In this document: positions 1 to 10,518 of the stretch, one piece after another
Numbering within the stretch: the first letter of the stretch is position 1
How the letters are laid out: each line of letters opens with the position of its first letter
From: Pasteurella multocida
GTDB taxonomy: Bacteria > Pseudomonadota > Gammaproteobacteria > Enterobacterales > Pasteurellaceae
NCBI RefSeq assembly: GCF_900187275.1
Contig: NZ_LT906458.1
Coordinates: forward strand, 1,590,001-1,622,000
Direction: 5' to 3'
DNA: 32,000 bases
The notes under the pieces: model-generated
The model's database searches: none
Told to the model about the DNA's origin: nothing
What the model saw: the letters and a program-made list of their open reading frames with translations, nothing else
Translations under genes and position numbers: made by a program

Positions 1-361
1 TGGCATCCAGTGCCAATAATCCTTCGCTACTTTCCTGTCGATAAGGATACAATACCGCACGTTCGATTTGACTGGCAAAAAATTCAGCACTGCGTTGTCC
101 TACCGCAAAATAGGCTAAATCTGTTCGCCAAGAAAACCCTGTATTCTTTAACGTATCGACTGCATACTGAACAGCATGTTTTGAAACTGCAAAAACATAA
201 TCACCCGCTTTAAGTTGCGACAGTTTATTCGGCAAGTCATTCAATTCTCGTCCTGTTTCGATCGTAAAGAGCGGTAAATGGATTGCAAAAATCCCCGCTT
301 GAATCAACATCTCTGTTAACTGTGCGCCTCGCACATCAGGTCGAGTGACTAATACCGCCAT
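1..361 (-). CDS. hemD: uroporphyrinogen-III synthase, N-terminal 120 codons (gene runs off the window edge)
   Basis: Absent from the ORF track because it is edge-truncated. Hand translation of the minus strand from the ATG at 361-359 gives MAVLVTRPDVRGAQLTEMLIQAGIFAIHLPLFTIETGRELNDLP..., open to position 1. The N-terminus is HemD-like (xxLVTRP). The SD-like GGAAGGGAAG lies between the hemC stop (378) and this ATG. hemC-hemD order matches E. coli. Confidence 0.8.
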   Translation of the reverse strand, partial: MAVLVTRPDVRGAQLTEMLIQAGIFAIHLPLFTIETGRELNDLPNKLSQLKAGDYVFAVSKHAVQYAVDTLKNTGFSWRTDLAYFAVGQRSAEFFASQIERAVLYPYRQESSEGLLALDA

Positions 362-377
362 TTTATTCTTCCCTTCC

Positions 378-1316
378 TTAGTTTGAATAAAGTGTTTGCA
401 AGATTTTATCCGCACCTTGCTGTAAAAGTTTTTCTGCCACTTGAATACCTAATGTTTCGGCATCCGCAACCGCACTCCGTCCTTCTGCACGAAGTATACT
501 GGAACCGTCTACTTCGCCCACTAAAGCACGCAAAAAGAGCTGTCCCTCTTCGATAATCGCATAACCTGCAATTGGCACCTGACATCCCCCTTGTAAATGC
601 CGATTCATCGCACGTTCAGCCAATACACAAGCAGTCGTTTCTGGATCGGCTAAAGGGGCTAACAGCAGCTCAATTTCTGCCTCTTGACGACATTCAATGC
701 CAACGGCACCTTGCCCTGCGGCAGGCAAACATTGTGTGACATCAATCAAAGAGGTGATACGTTGTTGTTGCCCTAAACGTATAAGCCCCGCGGCAGCCAG
801 AATAATCGCATCATAATCGCCGTTATCTAATTTTGCTAAGCGAGTCCCAACATTGCCACGTAGTGAATGAATGTGTAGATCAGGACGTAACTGCTTTAAC
901 TGACATTGGCGACGTAAGCTAGAGGTGCCCACCACCGCACCAGCAGGTAATTCCATGAGAGTGCGGTATGAATTTGATACAAATGCATCACGCGGATCTT
1001 CACGTTGACAAATGGTGCTAAGCATTAATCCTGCTGGAAACTGCATAGGGACATCTTTCATCGAATGTACGGCAATATCGGCTTCGCCCTTTAATAAAGC
1101 TTGTTCTAACTCTTTCACAAAGAGTCCTTTTCCTCCAATTTTAGCCAGTGGCGTATCTAAAATCACATCCCCTTTTGTCACCATTGGGACAAGTTCGACC
1201 ACTAATCCAGCATGGATTTTTTCTAAACAGGCTTTCACATAGTTCGCTTGCCACAATGCAAGCGGGCTCTGACGCGTAGCGATTCTCAAGCTTTTTCTTG
1301 TCATCATCACAACCAT
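378..1316 (-). CDS. hemC: porphobilinogen deaminase (hydroxymethylbilane synthase)
   Basis: 312-aa ORF with [15 protein letters not shown] near the N-terminus and a HemC-like body. It is divergent from cyaA as in E. coli. The true start may be an internal Met at 1307 or 1304. Confidence 0.93.
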   Translation of the reverse strand: MVVMMTRKSLRIATRQSPLALWQANYVKACLEKIHAGLVVELVPMVTKGDVILDTPLAKIGGKGLFVKELEQALLKGEADIAVHSMKDVPMQFPAGLMLSTICQREDPRDAFVSNSYRTLMELPAGAVVGTSSLRRQCQLKQLRPDLHIHSLRGNVGTRLAKLDNGDYDAIILAAAGLIRLGQQQRITSLIDVTQCLPAAGQGAVGIECRQEAEIELLLAPLADPETTACVLAERAMNRHLQGGCQVPIAGYAIIEEGQLFLRALVGEVDGSSILRAEGRSAVADAETLGIQVAEKLLQQGADKILQTLYSN

Positions 1317-1446
1317 TTTAGGCAGAATAATTTGCTCCTATCCTAACATTGTTGGGTTTAAATGTCAGTTTCCATTTAAATTTTTTGCTTTCAGTTATAC
1401 CAAGTGTTAGAGTACTTAGGTGGAGCGAATCTCATCATATCTGTGA

Positions 1447-3975
1447 GTGGAATATCATTTGAATTACGATCTCTTTAGTGCCCAAAAGAAAGTGGAGTAT
1501 TTAGATAAGCTACGTATTGAGCGCGCATTATCTGGTTCTTCTGGCGAATTTCAGCACGTTTTTCAGTTACTTACGTTGTTGTTACATATTAACCACCCTA
1601 ATCTGCCCGGCTACGTTGCTGACGCGCCTGTAGGGATTGCTGACTTTGTGATTTCCCCCTACCAAAAACAATATCTGCTCACAACCGTGCCGAGCTTAGA
1701 GGCTAATCAGTCGCTGCTCCCGTCCTTCTCTTACCGTAGTACCAATGCCATTTTAGGTGTCTATGTGATGGGCAGTATTGCCTCTATTTCACAAACACCA
1801 AAATCGGATCTAGATACTTGGGTCTGCCATCGTGATGATTTAAGTACAAAAGAAAAAGAAGCCTTACAACGTAAAACACATTTATTAAAAAATTGGGCGA
1901 AACAATTCAACATTGAAATCAATTTTTATTTAATGGATCAAAAGCGGTTCCGTTGTTTCCGTTATGCGGAACCGTTAACAGCAGAAAACTGCGGTTCAGC
2001 TCAATATATGTTACTGTTGGACGAATTCTATCGCTCTGCAATTCGCTTAGCAGGCAAACCATTACTCTGGCTACATTTATTGATCGAACAAGAAGAAAAT
2101 TATGAAAGTGAAGTCGAGCGGTTAGTCCGTACCCAACAAATTTGTCTTGATGATTGGGTTGATTTTGGTGGTTTGGGGCAACTTTCCGCCAACGAGTATT
2201 TTGGTGCAAGTTTATGGCAACTGTACAAGGGGATCGATGCGCCTTATAAATCGGTCATCAAAATCTTATTGTTAGAAACGTATTCATCGGAATACCCCAA
2301 TACCTATTTAATTGCGCGCCAATTTAAAGAAGAATTATTAACAGGTAAGCTCAACCCAAGCCATCATTTTGATCCCTATTTAGCCATGTTGCAACGAGCG
2401 ACACGCTACCTCACGAAACACAATGAATTAAAACGTTTAGGTTTTGTTCGCCGCAGTGTTTACTTAAAAGCAACCGAAGGTATGTGTTGGCAAGATCCTA
2501 ATGCGACAAATAATTGGCGCTTACAGCATTTGCAAAAGCTCATCCAAGAGTGGGACTGGTCGGACGCCTTAATTGAAGAATTAAATCAACGCGCTAACTG
2601 GAAAATCAAACAAGTCAAAAAAGCACATAACAGCTTAATTAAATTCTTAATGCTCAGTTATCGTAATTTAGTGGCCTTTGCTCGTAAACACAAAGTGAAC
2701 TCGAGTATCATGCCACAAGACATCAGTGTGCTTACACGCAAACTGTATACAGCATTTGAAGAATTACCCGGTAAAATTACCCTACTTAACCCACAAATTT
2801 CACTCAATTTATCTGAGAAGAATTTGCTGTTTTTTGAAGTCAAAGGCAGTAAAACGTTCAAAGACGGGTGGTATGTGGTGAATCAAACACCAAGTGTTGC
2901 CGGCTTTGTACAAAAACGCTATACCGAATACAGTGAGAGTTTAAACAAACTGGTCGCTTGGGCGTATTTTAATCGTATTCTCACCGCCAATACCGACTTA
3001 CACATTATTAGTCCCAATGTTTCCTTAACAACCTTGCGGCATTTTGTCACCGATTTACGTCTCTCATTTCCGGTCACAGTTTCCTCTGTCACGAATGAGG
3101 ATTTAACTCATGCTTGTGAAATTCGGAGCTTAATTGTGGCAGTTAACTTAACCGTTGACCCAACCAAAAAAATCACACAAGTCAAATCTCGCATTCAAGC
3201 CAGTGATTTATTTAGTTTTGGACCGAAAGAAGAAAGTTTAGTCGGTAGTATCGATATTACTTACCGTAATCTTTGGAATGAAATTAGAACCTTACATTTT
3301 GAAGGACCAAATGCGATCCTCTTAGCCTTGAAGGTGCTGTCAAATAAAATTCATCGTGGCGCCCCTTCACCAAAATTGATTCAAGTGTTTTCTTATAGTC
3401 ATCGTTACCGCCGTACGTTGAGTAATATTGTCACCGCTTTGATCAACCGCTGTATTAGTATCCAAATTGGCGATGCACTTCCACCACAAAATAATCTATT
3501 GCGTGTGGCAGGTAAAAACTGGCAGTTTTTCTTTGAAGAGCGTGGCATCAGCTTACAAGAAATTCACTCAAATGAAGAATTAGAAGCCACTGGCTTTGAT
3601 ACCGCGCTACAAACCGAAGTGGAAGAAAAAGAAAGCGCCTTACCCGATACCTCACGAACCTACCCCCCAGAGATTGATCACTTTGCCAGTGAGGGCTTTT
3701 TACAATTTTTCTTTGAAGATAATTCTGATGGTTCCTTTAATGTCTATATTTTAGATGAAGCCAATCGCATCGAAATTTACCGTAACTGCGATGGACAAAA
3801 AGAAAAGAAGATTTTGGAGATTAACCACATTTATCAATCTTCAGGCTTGGATGAAAATAACAATCCGTATAAAATTGTGCAGCGTGATTTTAACTATCCG
3901 CAATTCTATCAATTATTATTACAAGAGAATGGCGTAAAAATCGTACCATTCCACAGTCGATTAGCGATGTCATAA
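1447..3975 (+). CDS. cyaA: class I adenylate cyclase
   Basis: 842-aa ORF with a GTG start. Size and sequence match enterobacterial/Pasteurellaceae CyaA (LDKLRIERAL..., GSIASISQTPKSDLDTWVCH nucleotidyltransferase core). Divergent hemC neighbour as in E. coli. Confidence 0.92.
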   Translation: MEYHLNYDLFSAQKKVEYLDKLRIERALSGSSGEFQHVFQLLTLLLHINHPNLPGYVADAPVGIADFVISPYQKQYLLTTVPSLEANQSLLPSFSYRSTNAILGVYVMGSIASISQTPKSDLDTWVCHRDDLSTKEKEALQRKTHLLKNWAKQFNIEINFYLMDQKRFRCFRYAEPLTAENCGSAQYMLLLDEFYRSAIRLAGKPLLWLHLLIEQEENYESEVERLVRTQQICLDDWVDFGGLGQLSANEYFGASLWQLYKGIDAPYKSVIKILLLETYSSEYPNTYLIARQFKEELLTGKLNPSHHFDPYLAMLQRATRYLTKHNELKRLGFVRRSVYLKATEGMCWQDPNATNNWRLQHLQKLIQEWDWSDALIEELNQRANWKIKQVKKAHNSLIKFLMLSYRNLVAFARKHKVNSSIMPQDISVLTRKLYTAFEELPGKITLLNPQISLNLSEKNLLFFEVKGSKTFKDGWYVVNQTPSVAGFVQKRYTEYSESLNKLVAWAYFNRILTANTDLHIISPNVSLTTLRHFVTDLRLSFPVTVSSVTNEDLTHACEIRSLIVAVNLTVDPTKKITQVKSRIQASDLFSFGPKEESLVGSIDITYRNLWNEIRTLHFEGPNAILLALKVLSNKIHRGAPSPKLIQVFSYSHRYRRTLSNIVTALINRCISIQIGDALPPQNNLLRVAGKNWQFFFEERGISLQEIHSNEELEATGFDTALQTEVEEKESALPDTSRTYPPEIDHFASEGFLQFFFEDNSDGSFNVYILDEANRIEIYRNCDGQKEKKILEINHIYQSSGLDENNNPYKIVQRDFNYPQFYQLLLQENGVKIVPFHSRLAMS

Positions 3976-3990
3976 CATATTGGGGGTTAT

Positions 3991-4620
3991 ATGTCAGAAA
4001 AAATGAAAGTGTTGATTATCGACGATCATCCATTGATGCGTCGAGGAATCAAACAACTTATGGAATTAGCGCCAAATTTTGAAGTGGTTGCGGATGCGGG
4101 TAACGGCAGTGAAGGTATTAGCCTCGCATTACAAACGCAACCTGATTTGATTATTCTTGATTTGAATATGAAAGGGTTATCAGGACTGGATACATTAAAA
4201 GCACTGCGCGCGGAAGGCATTGATGCACGCATTTTGATTTTGACAGTGTCTGATTTAAAAAGTGATATTTTTACCTTAATTGATGCTGGGGCAGCCGGTT
4301 ACTTATTAAAAGATACGGAACCCGACGCGCTCTTAAGCCAAATTCAACGTATCGCACAAGGGGAAGTTATCCTAAGCGATTCAATTAAAGATGCATTAAT
4401 TGAACGCCAGATGAATGCAGATCCTATTTATTCTCTCACCGATCGCGAAATGGATGTCTTACGTTTAATTGCGACAGGACTCTCCAATAAACAGATCGCT
4501 GGTCAGTTATTTATTTCAGAGGAAACCGTTAAAGTGCATATTCGTAATTTGCTCCGTAAGCTGAATGTGCATTCGCGCGTTGCGGCAACGGTGCTTTATT
4601 TTGAGCATAAAGGACGCTAG
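3991..4620 (+). CDS. narP: NarL/NarP-family response regulator (receiver domain plus LuxR-type HTH)
   Basis: 209 aa. Receiver domain (VLIIDDHPLMRRG, ILDLNM) and C-terminal LuxR/FixJ HTH (LTDREMDVLRLIATGLSNKQIAGQLFISEETVKVHIRNLLRKL). GGGGG SD 5 nt upstream. Starts 15 nt after the cyaA stop. Confidence 0.8.
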   Translation: MSEKMKVLIIDDHPLMRRGIKQLMELAPNFEVVADAGNGSEGISLALQTQPDLIILDLNMKGLSGLDTLKALRAEGIDARILILTVSDLKSDIFTLIDAGAAGYLLKDTEPDALLSQIQRIAQGEVILSDSIKDALIERQMNADPIYSLTDREMDVLRLIATGLSNKQIAGQLFISEETVKVHIRNLLRKLNVHSRVAATVLYFEHKGR

Positions 4621-4637
4621 TCTTTCCCCCGTTAAAA

Positions 4638-4668
4638 AGCCAATTATCTTTATAATTGGCTTTTTTTT
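4638..4668 (+). terminator. intrinsic terminator after narP
   Basis: Stem agccaattat (4638-4647) pairs with ataattggct (4652-4661). 4-nt loop, followed by a T run to 4668. Confidence 0.8.
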
Positions 4669-4700
4669 GGCAAAAATTTACTAAAATTTTCAAAAAAACT

Positions 4701-4709
4701 ACCGCACTT
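4701..4709 (-). repeat. uptake signal sequence (Hin-type USS core)
   Basis: Exact ACCGCACTT on the + strand (AAGTGCGGT on the - strand). Intergenic, just after the narP terminator. Confidence 0.85.
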
Positions 4710-4769
4710 TGCGTTGCCAAAGCCTTTGCTTAAAAGGTACACTAAACTAATCTTTGATTTGAGGCGGCT

Positions 4770-6530
4770 ATGAAATTATTAAGTAATACAAAGGCATCAT
4801 TGATCACAAAAACGGTATTTTTTATCGGCAGTGTACTTTTGAGTACAGTCAGTTTGGCACAACAATTAGAACTACAAGTAAAAGGTATCCAGAATACTCA
4901 GCTTAATAATAATGTGCGTATTTACGTCGGTATGATTGATAAAGAAGAAGCCGACGGTTCCGAGCGTCATAAGCAATTGGTACGCGAAGCAATCGATAAA
5001 GCATTGCGGGCATACGGCTATTATCAAAACGAAGTGGAATTTCAAATCGAAAGCCAAAAACCCCCTAAAAAAGATCAATTAATCGCCCATGTGAAGATCG
5101 GCGAACCTGTGAAAATCGCAGACGTCGATTTTGTTCTGCAAGGTGAAGCCACACAAGATCCTGAATTTATCGCCGTGACCAAGAATATCCCAGAAAAAGG
5201 GAGCATACTCAATCACGAGACCTATGATAATTATAAAAGTCACATCCAAAAAATTGCATTGAGTCGAGGTTATTTCGACGGTGATTTTTTAGTATCACGC
5301 TTAGAAGTCAGCCCCTCAACGCAACAAGCTTGGTGGCGCTTAAATTATGATAGTGGTGAACGTTACCGCTTCGGTGAAGTTACCTTTGAAAATGCGCAAA
5401 TACGCGAAGATTATTTGCGTAACATGATTAATTTTAATAAAGGTCAGCCCTACCTGATTAATGATCTTTCTACCTTAACCAACAATTACACGTCGTCAAA
5501 TTGGTTTAGCTCTGTTTTAATGCAACCTGTTTTAGATGAAGAACACAAAATTGTGAATGTCGATGTATTGCTCCAACCACGTAAAAAAAATAGCATGGAA
5601 GTGGGGATTGGCTGGGCATCTGATGTGGGACCTCGCTTGCAATTAGGTTGGACAAAGCCTTGGATTAACAATCGTGGTCACAGTTTCCGTACCAATTTAT
5701 ATGTTTCTGCGCCAAAACAGACCTTAGAAGCCACCTACAAAATGCCTTTATTGAAAAACCCGCTCAACTATTATTACGAGTACTCGGCGGGTTTAGAAAA
5801 TGAAAATAAAAATGACACAGAATCCTTTGCCTCTTCCTTATCTGCAATTCGCTATTGGAATCATGAAGCAGGTTGGCAACATTCTTTAGGCTTACGTGTC
5901 CGTTATGACTCTTTTATTCAAGCGAATGTAAAAGACAAAACATTGCTTGTGTTCCCAACTGCCTCTGTCAGACGAACCCGTTTACAAGGCGGGCTATTCC
6001 CGACTTGGGGGGATACACAAAAACTCACCGTCGATTTAGGTCGTACATGGTGGCTGTCTGATGTGAATTTCCTCAAAATGCAAGGGTCGAGTTTATGGGT
6101 CAGAACTTATTTACAGCACCATCGTATCGTTACCCGACTAGAACTCGGCTGGTTACATACCAAAAATATCGAACGCATTCCACCCGCCTTGCGTTTTTTT
6201 GCGGGGGGCGATCGCAGTATTCGTGGTTATGGCTATAAAAAAATTGCGCCAAAAAACAATGCAGGCAAATTAGTTGGTGGCTCTCGCTTATTAACCGGGT
6301 CATTTGAATATCAGTATCAAGTGTATCCTGACTGGTGGTTAGCCACTTTCGCGGATACGGGACTGGCTGCTAACCAGTTTACAACAAAAGAATTACGCTA
6401 TGGCGCAGGAATGGGGGTACGTTGGGCCTCACCCGTAGGGGCGATTAAGTTTGATATTGCCACCCCAGTCAGAGATAAAGACAACAGTAAAAATATCCAA
6501 TTTTATATTGGACTAGGCGCGGAACTTTAA
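4770..6530 (+). CDS. tamA: Omp85-family outer membrane protein, translocation and assembly module subunit TamA (YtfM)
   Basis: 586 aa. N-terminal signal peptide (…STVSLAQQ), POTRA-like N-terminal part and a beta-barrel C-terminal part ending FYIGLGAEL. Followed by tamB, the conserved pairing. Confidence 0.88.
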   Translation: MKLLSNTKASLITKTVFFIGSVLLSTVSLAQQLELQVKGIQNTQLNNNVRIYVGMIDKEEADGSERHKQLVREAIDKALRAYGYYQNEVEFQIESQKPPKKDQLIAHVKIGEPVKIADVDFVLQGEATQDPEFIAVTKNIPEKGSILNHETYDNYKSHIQKIALSRGYFDGDFLVSRLEVSPSTQQAWWRLNYDSGERYRFGEVTFENAQIREDYLRNMINFNKGQPYLINDLSTLTNNYTSSNWFSSVLMQPVLDEEHKIVNVDVLLQPRKKNSMEVGIGWASDVGPRLQLGWTKPWINNRGHSFRTNLYVSAPKQTLEATYKMPLLKNPLNYYYEYSAGLENENKNDTESFASSLSAIRYWNHEAGWQHSLGLRVRYDSFIQANVKDKTLLVFPTASVRRTRLQGGLFPTWGDTQKLTVDLGRTWWLSDVNFLKMQGSSLWVRTYLQHHRIVTRLELGWLHTKNIERIPPALRFFAGGDRSIRGYGYKKIAPKNNAGKLVGGSRLLTGSFEYQYQVYPDWWLATFADTGLAANQFTTKELRYGAGMGVRWASPVGAIKFDIATPVRDKDNSKNIQFYIGLGAEL

Positions 6531-6607
6531 TCACCACAGCATCACCGCAAAAAAGAGAAGACGTAGCTAAAAGAAAATATGTAGCTAAAAAAGACGGATC
6601 ACGCAAC

Positions 6608-9600
6608 ATGACAGAACATATCGCAGCACAACCAGCTTCACCTGAACAACAAAACCAAACCCCACCGGTTAAGCGCCCAAAATCGTTTTGGCGCAAACTG
6701 CTATGTGGTCTAAGTGCGGTCATTTTCTTATCAATTTTAGCGCTCTTCATCACACTCAGCACCAGCGCGGGTCAACGCTGGCTGATTGAATTCGTAGATA
6801 AAGCCTTACCTCAGCTCTCGATTGCACAAGTAAATGGTGGCTTACAAGAAGGTCTTGTCCTGAATCAAGTGCGTTTTGATGCAGAAGGGGTACAAACACA
6901 ATTAGAACAAGTTCATTTACAACTGGATTTAAGCTGTCTATGGCGCTTACATATTTGTGTTAAAGAGATCGCTTTACACCAACCGCATATTCAAGTGAAT
7001 ACCGCGCTGCTGCCTCCAAAAGCAAAAGAGAAACCAACCAGTGCACCAATGCAACGTATCCATTTGCCTATTTCTGTTGATGTCGACAACATGGTAGTAG
7101 AGCAATTACGTCTTGTGATTGATGATAATGCCGTGGACTTAGCCTACTTCCAAACAGCAGCCAGTTTAAATAATGAGTCAGGCTTAACCATTGCACCAAC
7201 GACAATTCAAGCATTATTAGTCAAAGTTGTCTCACCAACGGCAGCTGTGAAAGAACCGTCTCAGACAGAAAAAGCCCCGATTGGTTGGGTTCAAATAGAA
7301 AAACAGTTGAGTGCGCCTTTATTAGCAAAATTGGAAAATATCGTTTTGCCTTTTGATATGCATATTCAACACATTCAAGGACAGCACTGGCAATATCAAC
7401 AAGTCAACGACCAACACACGCAAGTGATTGATATCCCCGTGTTTCAGTTACAAGCAAACGCCACTGGCGCGCAGATTGAACTCAGCCAGTTCAATGTAGA
7501 AAGTAACTTGGCAAATTTACACGGTAGCGGACACTTGCAACTTGACGCAGATTTCCCCCTGCATGTTGCACTACATGCTGAAATGCACACTTTAAACGAA
7601 GGCGAAGCAATTTTATTGCCCGCCAGTCAAGTAGATGTCACCTTGTCTGGAAATTTGAAAAAACAGACCGCACTTACGTTACAAAGCCGTGGGGCGTTAA
7701 ATGCAAATTTGAACGGACAATTTGCGCTGTCTCAAGAAAAGACCCCCTTCCAGATCAAGTTAAGTAGCCAAGACTTCCGTTATCCGTTTCAGCCAGTACA
7801 ACCAGCTCTTGTTCATATTCCTCAATTGAATTTACAAGTGAGCGGTAATTTACTGGACTATCAATTACAGCTAAACACCGAAGCAGAAGGCGCGAATATT
7901 CCCAAAACGGCGCTCCAATTTGACGCAAAAGGGGAATTATTATCACTTGATATTACTCAACTCCATCTTGATACCCTAAAAGGCAGCGCTGATCTACAAG
8001 GGAAAATTGGTTGGCAAAATGGGGTGCAATGGTATAGCAATTTACAGCTTGATAAATTAAATTTGAGTGACTATTTGGCAGGTTTGCCTACCATACTATC
8101 AGGGCAATTGTTCTCGACAGGATTAATTAATCAACAGCAATGGCTGTTTGATATCCCACATTTAAACTTAGAAGGTACGCTATCACAACGCCCATTAGCG
8201 CTCAAAGGCAGTTTGAGTGTGGGGTCAGAAACATGGCTTCATCAATTATTGTTAAAAGTGCCTGATTTAGTGTTAACTTACGGAGAAAATAAGATTGTTG
8301 CCACCGGTTTTCTTGGTGAAAAATCAGATCTCAAACTCGATATTAACGCCCCTGACCTACGTGGTTTAATGCCAAACTTAAGCGCGAATTTACAAGGTCA
8401 TCTCCAGCTAAATGGACAACTTGTGCAGCCTACTGTCGCCCTAGACTTAGTTGGTAATCAAATCAAACTTAATGACTTGAATATCAATAAAGTTACCTTG
8501 AAAGGTCATGTGGATATGGCGAAACAAACCGCCGGTGAACTGGCATTACAGGTAAATAAATTCCAATCTGGCGATGTAAAACTGGATACGTTAGATTTAA
8601 CCTTACATGGTAATGAAGCGCAGCATAATCTGACCTTAGTTTCTCAAGGTGAGCCTGTTGCACCTAAACTCAGTTTGGAAGGGCAATTTGATCGTGCGAC
8701 ACAACGTTGGCAAGGTGCATTAAAACAAGTGTCGATTGCCTCAGTTATTGGACATTGGCATACCGATAAAAACGTTGTTTTAGCCTATGATAATCCGACG
8801 ATGCAAACTGAGATTTCTGCACATTGTTGGCAAAATAACGATGTGGAGCTTTGCTTTCCACAGGCATTTCGTGTCGGCAAAAGTGGCGAAGTACCATTTA
8901 AAATAACGAAATTTGATTTAGCGTTAGTCAATGATCTCCTCGAACAAGATCTGCTACAAGGGCAATTACAAAGTGAAGGAAAAGTTGCTTGGTTTAGTGA
9001 CAAACCGCTCCAGCTGAATGTCCAAGTCAAAGGGGATAATTTAAGCTTCACACAAAAAATAGACTACCGTACTTTTGGCTTAGATATCCCTAAACTCACA
9101 TTAAACGCGGATCTACAGAATAACCATTTCGTACTCAACAGTAATCTCCTACTGCAAGACCAAGGCAATATCAGTGCGAATCTCGAGGTCAAAGATTTAG
9201 CACAAGCACGCCAATTGGGCGGAAGCTTGATAATTCATAAACTGAATTTAGATATTTTTAATCAGTTGCTATCCAATAACGAGGTCATCACGGGGGATAT
9301 TGTCGCTAACTTGAAATTTGCGGGTACCCTCAATGCCCCCAACTTAAACGGTCAGTTCAAGCTTTCTCGCTTAAATGCCAAAATGAAATCATTACCTTTT
9401 GACATTGAAGGCGGGGAGCTGGCGTTAAACTTTGTAGGTAACCGTTCAACATTAAATGGTCATATAAAAACACCAGACAGCCGCTTAAATTTAGAGGGTG
9501 ATGCCAGTTGGCAGAACTTAGATAATTGGACATCTCGCTTACATGCCAAAGCTGACCAATTTAAAGTTGATATTCCCGCGATGGCGAAACTTAAAATCAG

Positions 9601-10510
9601 TCCGAATGTGGAAATCACCGCCAGTCCAAAACGCTTGCAGTTAACGGGCAATATTGATATCCCATGGGCAAGAATTGAAATTGAAAGCTTACCGGAAAGT
9701 GCGGTCTCTGTCAGTCCTGATGAAGTCATCCTAGACAATCAGACATCACAAAAAATCACCGCCAAACTGCCAAGCAAAACCAAATCCGGAATGGAGATTC
9801 TGTCCGACTTAAAAATTAATATTGGACAAGATGTCTATCTGAACGCGTATGGATTGAAAACCAACCTCAATGGGTTACTCAGTGTACGTCAAGAAAAAGG
9901 CAATCTGGGTCTCTTTGGGCAAATTCATTTAACCAATGGTCGCTATGCTTCCTTTGGGCAAGATCTGTTGATCCGCAAAGGCATGATCAGCTTTTCTGGT
10001 CAACCTTCACAACCCATGCTAAACATTGAAGCAATTCGTAATCCTGAATCCATGGATACCGCTGGTGTCGTCGCTGGAATTAAAGTCCTTGGGCTCGCCG
10101 AAAGTCCTGAGATCAAGGTCTTCTCCGAACCCGGTATGTCACAAGATCAAGCCTTATCTTATGTGCTGACAGGGCGTTCATTAGAAAACAGTGGCGAAGC
10201 TGGCTCTGGTGGGTCTATTGGCGCCGCTTTACTCGGACTCGGGCTCGCGAAAAGTGGTAAAGCCGTTGGCGGAATTGGACAAGCCTTTGGTATTCAAGAT
10301 CTAAACTTAGGCACCCAAGGCGTCGGCGATAGCTCGAAAGTGGTGGTCAGTGGCAATATCACACCACGTTTACAAGTCAAATATGGTGTGGGTCTGTTTG
10401 ATGGACTGGCGGAGTTTACGGTACGTTATCGCTTAATCCCTAAATTATATTTACAATCTGTTTCCGGTGTCACCCAAGCGGTGGATTTGCTATATCAATT
10501 TGAATTTTAA
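6608..10510 (+). CDS. tamB: translocation and assembly module inner-membrane subunit TamB (YtfN, DUF490 family)
   Basis: 1300 aa. N-terminal signal-anchor helix (LSAVIFLSILALFITL), long repetitive beta-rich body and a C-terminus …VDLLYQFEF typical of TamB. Immediately downstream of tamA. Confidence 0.88.
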   Translation: MTEHIAAQPASPEQQNQTPPVKRPKSFWRKLLCGLSAVIFLSILALFITLSTSAGQRWLIEFVDKALPQLSIAQVNGGLQEGLVLNQVRFDAEGVQTQLEQVHLQLDLSCLWRLHICVKEIALHQPHIQVNTALLPPKAKEKPTSAPMQRIHLPISVDVDNMVVEQLRLVIDDNAVDLAYFQTAASLNNESGLTIAPTTIQALLVKVVSPTAAVKEPSQTEKAPIGWVQIEKQLSAPLLAKLENIVLPFDMHIQHIQGQHWQYQQVNDQHTQVIDIPVFQLQANATGAQIELSQFNVESNLANLHGSGHLQLDADFPLHVALHAEMHTLNEGEAILLPASQVDVTLSGNLKKQTALTLQSRGALNANLNGQFALSQEKTPFQIKLSSQDFRYPFQPVQPALVHIPQLNLQVSGNLLDYQLQLNTEAEGANIPKTALQFDAKGELLSLDITQLHLDTLKGSADLQGKIGWQNGVQWYSNLQLDKLNLSDYLAGLPTILSGQLFSTGLINQQQWLFDIPHLNLEGTLSQRPLALKGSLSVGSETWLHQLLLKVPDLVLTYGENKIVATGFLGEKSDLKLDINAPDLRGLMPNLSANLQGHLQLNGQLVQPTVALDLVGNQIKLNDLNINKVTLKGHVDMAKQTAGELALQVNKFQSGDVKLDTLDLTLHGNEAQHNLTLVSQGEPVAPKLSLEGQFDRATQRWQGALKQVSIASVIGHWHTDKNVVLAYDNPTMQTEISAHCWQNNDVELCFPQAFRVGKSGEVPFKITKFDLALVNDLLEQDLLQGQLQSEGKVAWFSDKPLQLNVQVKGDNLSFTQKIDYRTFGLDIPKLTLNADLQNNHFVLNSNLLLQDQGNISANLEVKDLAQARQLGGSLIIHKLNLDIFNQLLSNNEVITGDIVANLKFAGTLNAPNLNGQFKLSRLNAKMKSLPFDIEGGELALNFVGNRSTLNGHIKTPDSRLNLEGDASWQNLDNWTSRLHAKADQFKVDIPAMAKLKISPNVEITASPKRLQLTGNIDIPWARIEIESLPESAVSVSPDEVILDNQTSQKITAKLPSKTKSGMEILSDLKINIGQDVYLNAYGLKTNLNGLLSVRQEKGNLGLFGQIHLTNGRYASFGQDLLIRKGMISFSGQPSQPMLNIEAIRNPESMDTAGVVAGIKVLGLAESPEIKVFSEPGMSQDQALSYVLTGRSLENSGEAGSGGSIGAALLGLGLAKSGKAVGGIGQAFGIQDLNLGTQGVGDSSKVVVSGNITPRLQVKYGVGLFDGLAEFTVRYRLIPKLYLQSVSGVTQAVDLLYQFEF
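6712..6720 (+). repeat. uptake signal sequence (Hin-type USS core)
   Basis: Exact AAGTGCGGT followed by the AT-rich cattttctta. Lies inside tamB. Confidence 0.85.
7667..7675 (-). repeat. uptake signal sequence (Hin-type USS core)
   Basis: Exact ACCGCACTT on the + strand, inside tamB. Confidence 0.85.
9697..9705 (+). repeat. uptake signal sequence (Hin-type USS core)
   Basis: Exact AAGTGCGGT, inside tamB. Confidence 0.85.
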
Positions 10511-10518
10511 GGAAGAAT

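Noticed and set aside
1012-1242. Many 60-170-aa track ORFs lie inside or antisense to larger genes. Examples are 10-213, 1012-1242, 1919-2209, 4026-4232, 8785-9051, 14569-14844, 15368-15697, 21642-21934, 23179-23700, 25535-26309 and 27439-28765.
   Set aside because: These are shadow ORFs within strongly supported coding regions. They have low-complexity or Cys/Arg-rich translations, no SD and no recognisable family.
1442-1457. A CRP-like TGTGAgtggaaTATCA overlaps the cyaA GTG start. It was tempting because cAMP-CRP represses cyaA in E. coli.
   Set aside because: The right half-site matches only 3 of 5 bases, and the site lies on the start codon rather than on a promoter. The evidence is too weak without a matrix score.
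5583-5590. An A8 homopolymer inside tamA (also A7 in betT, and T8 at 4661-4668) was considered as a possible phase-variation tract.
   Set aside because: It is shorter than the tracts typically associated with slipped-strand switching in Pasteurellaceae. No tetranucleotide or longer simple-sequence repeats were seen anywhere in the window.
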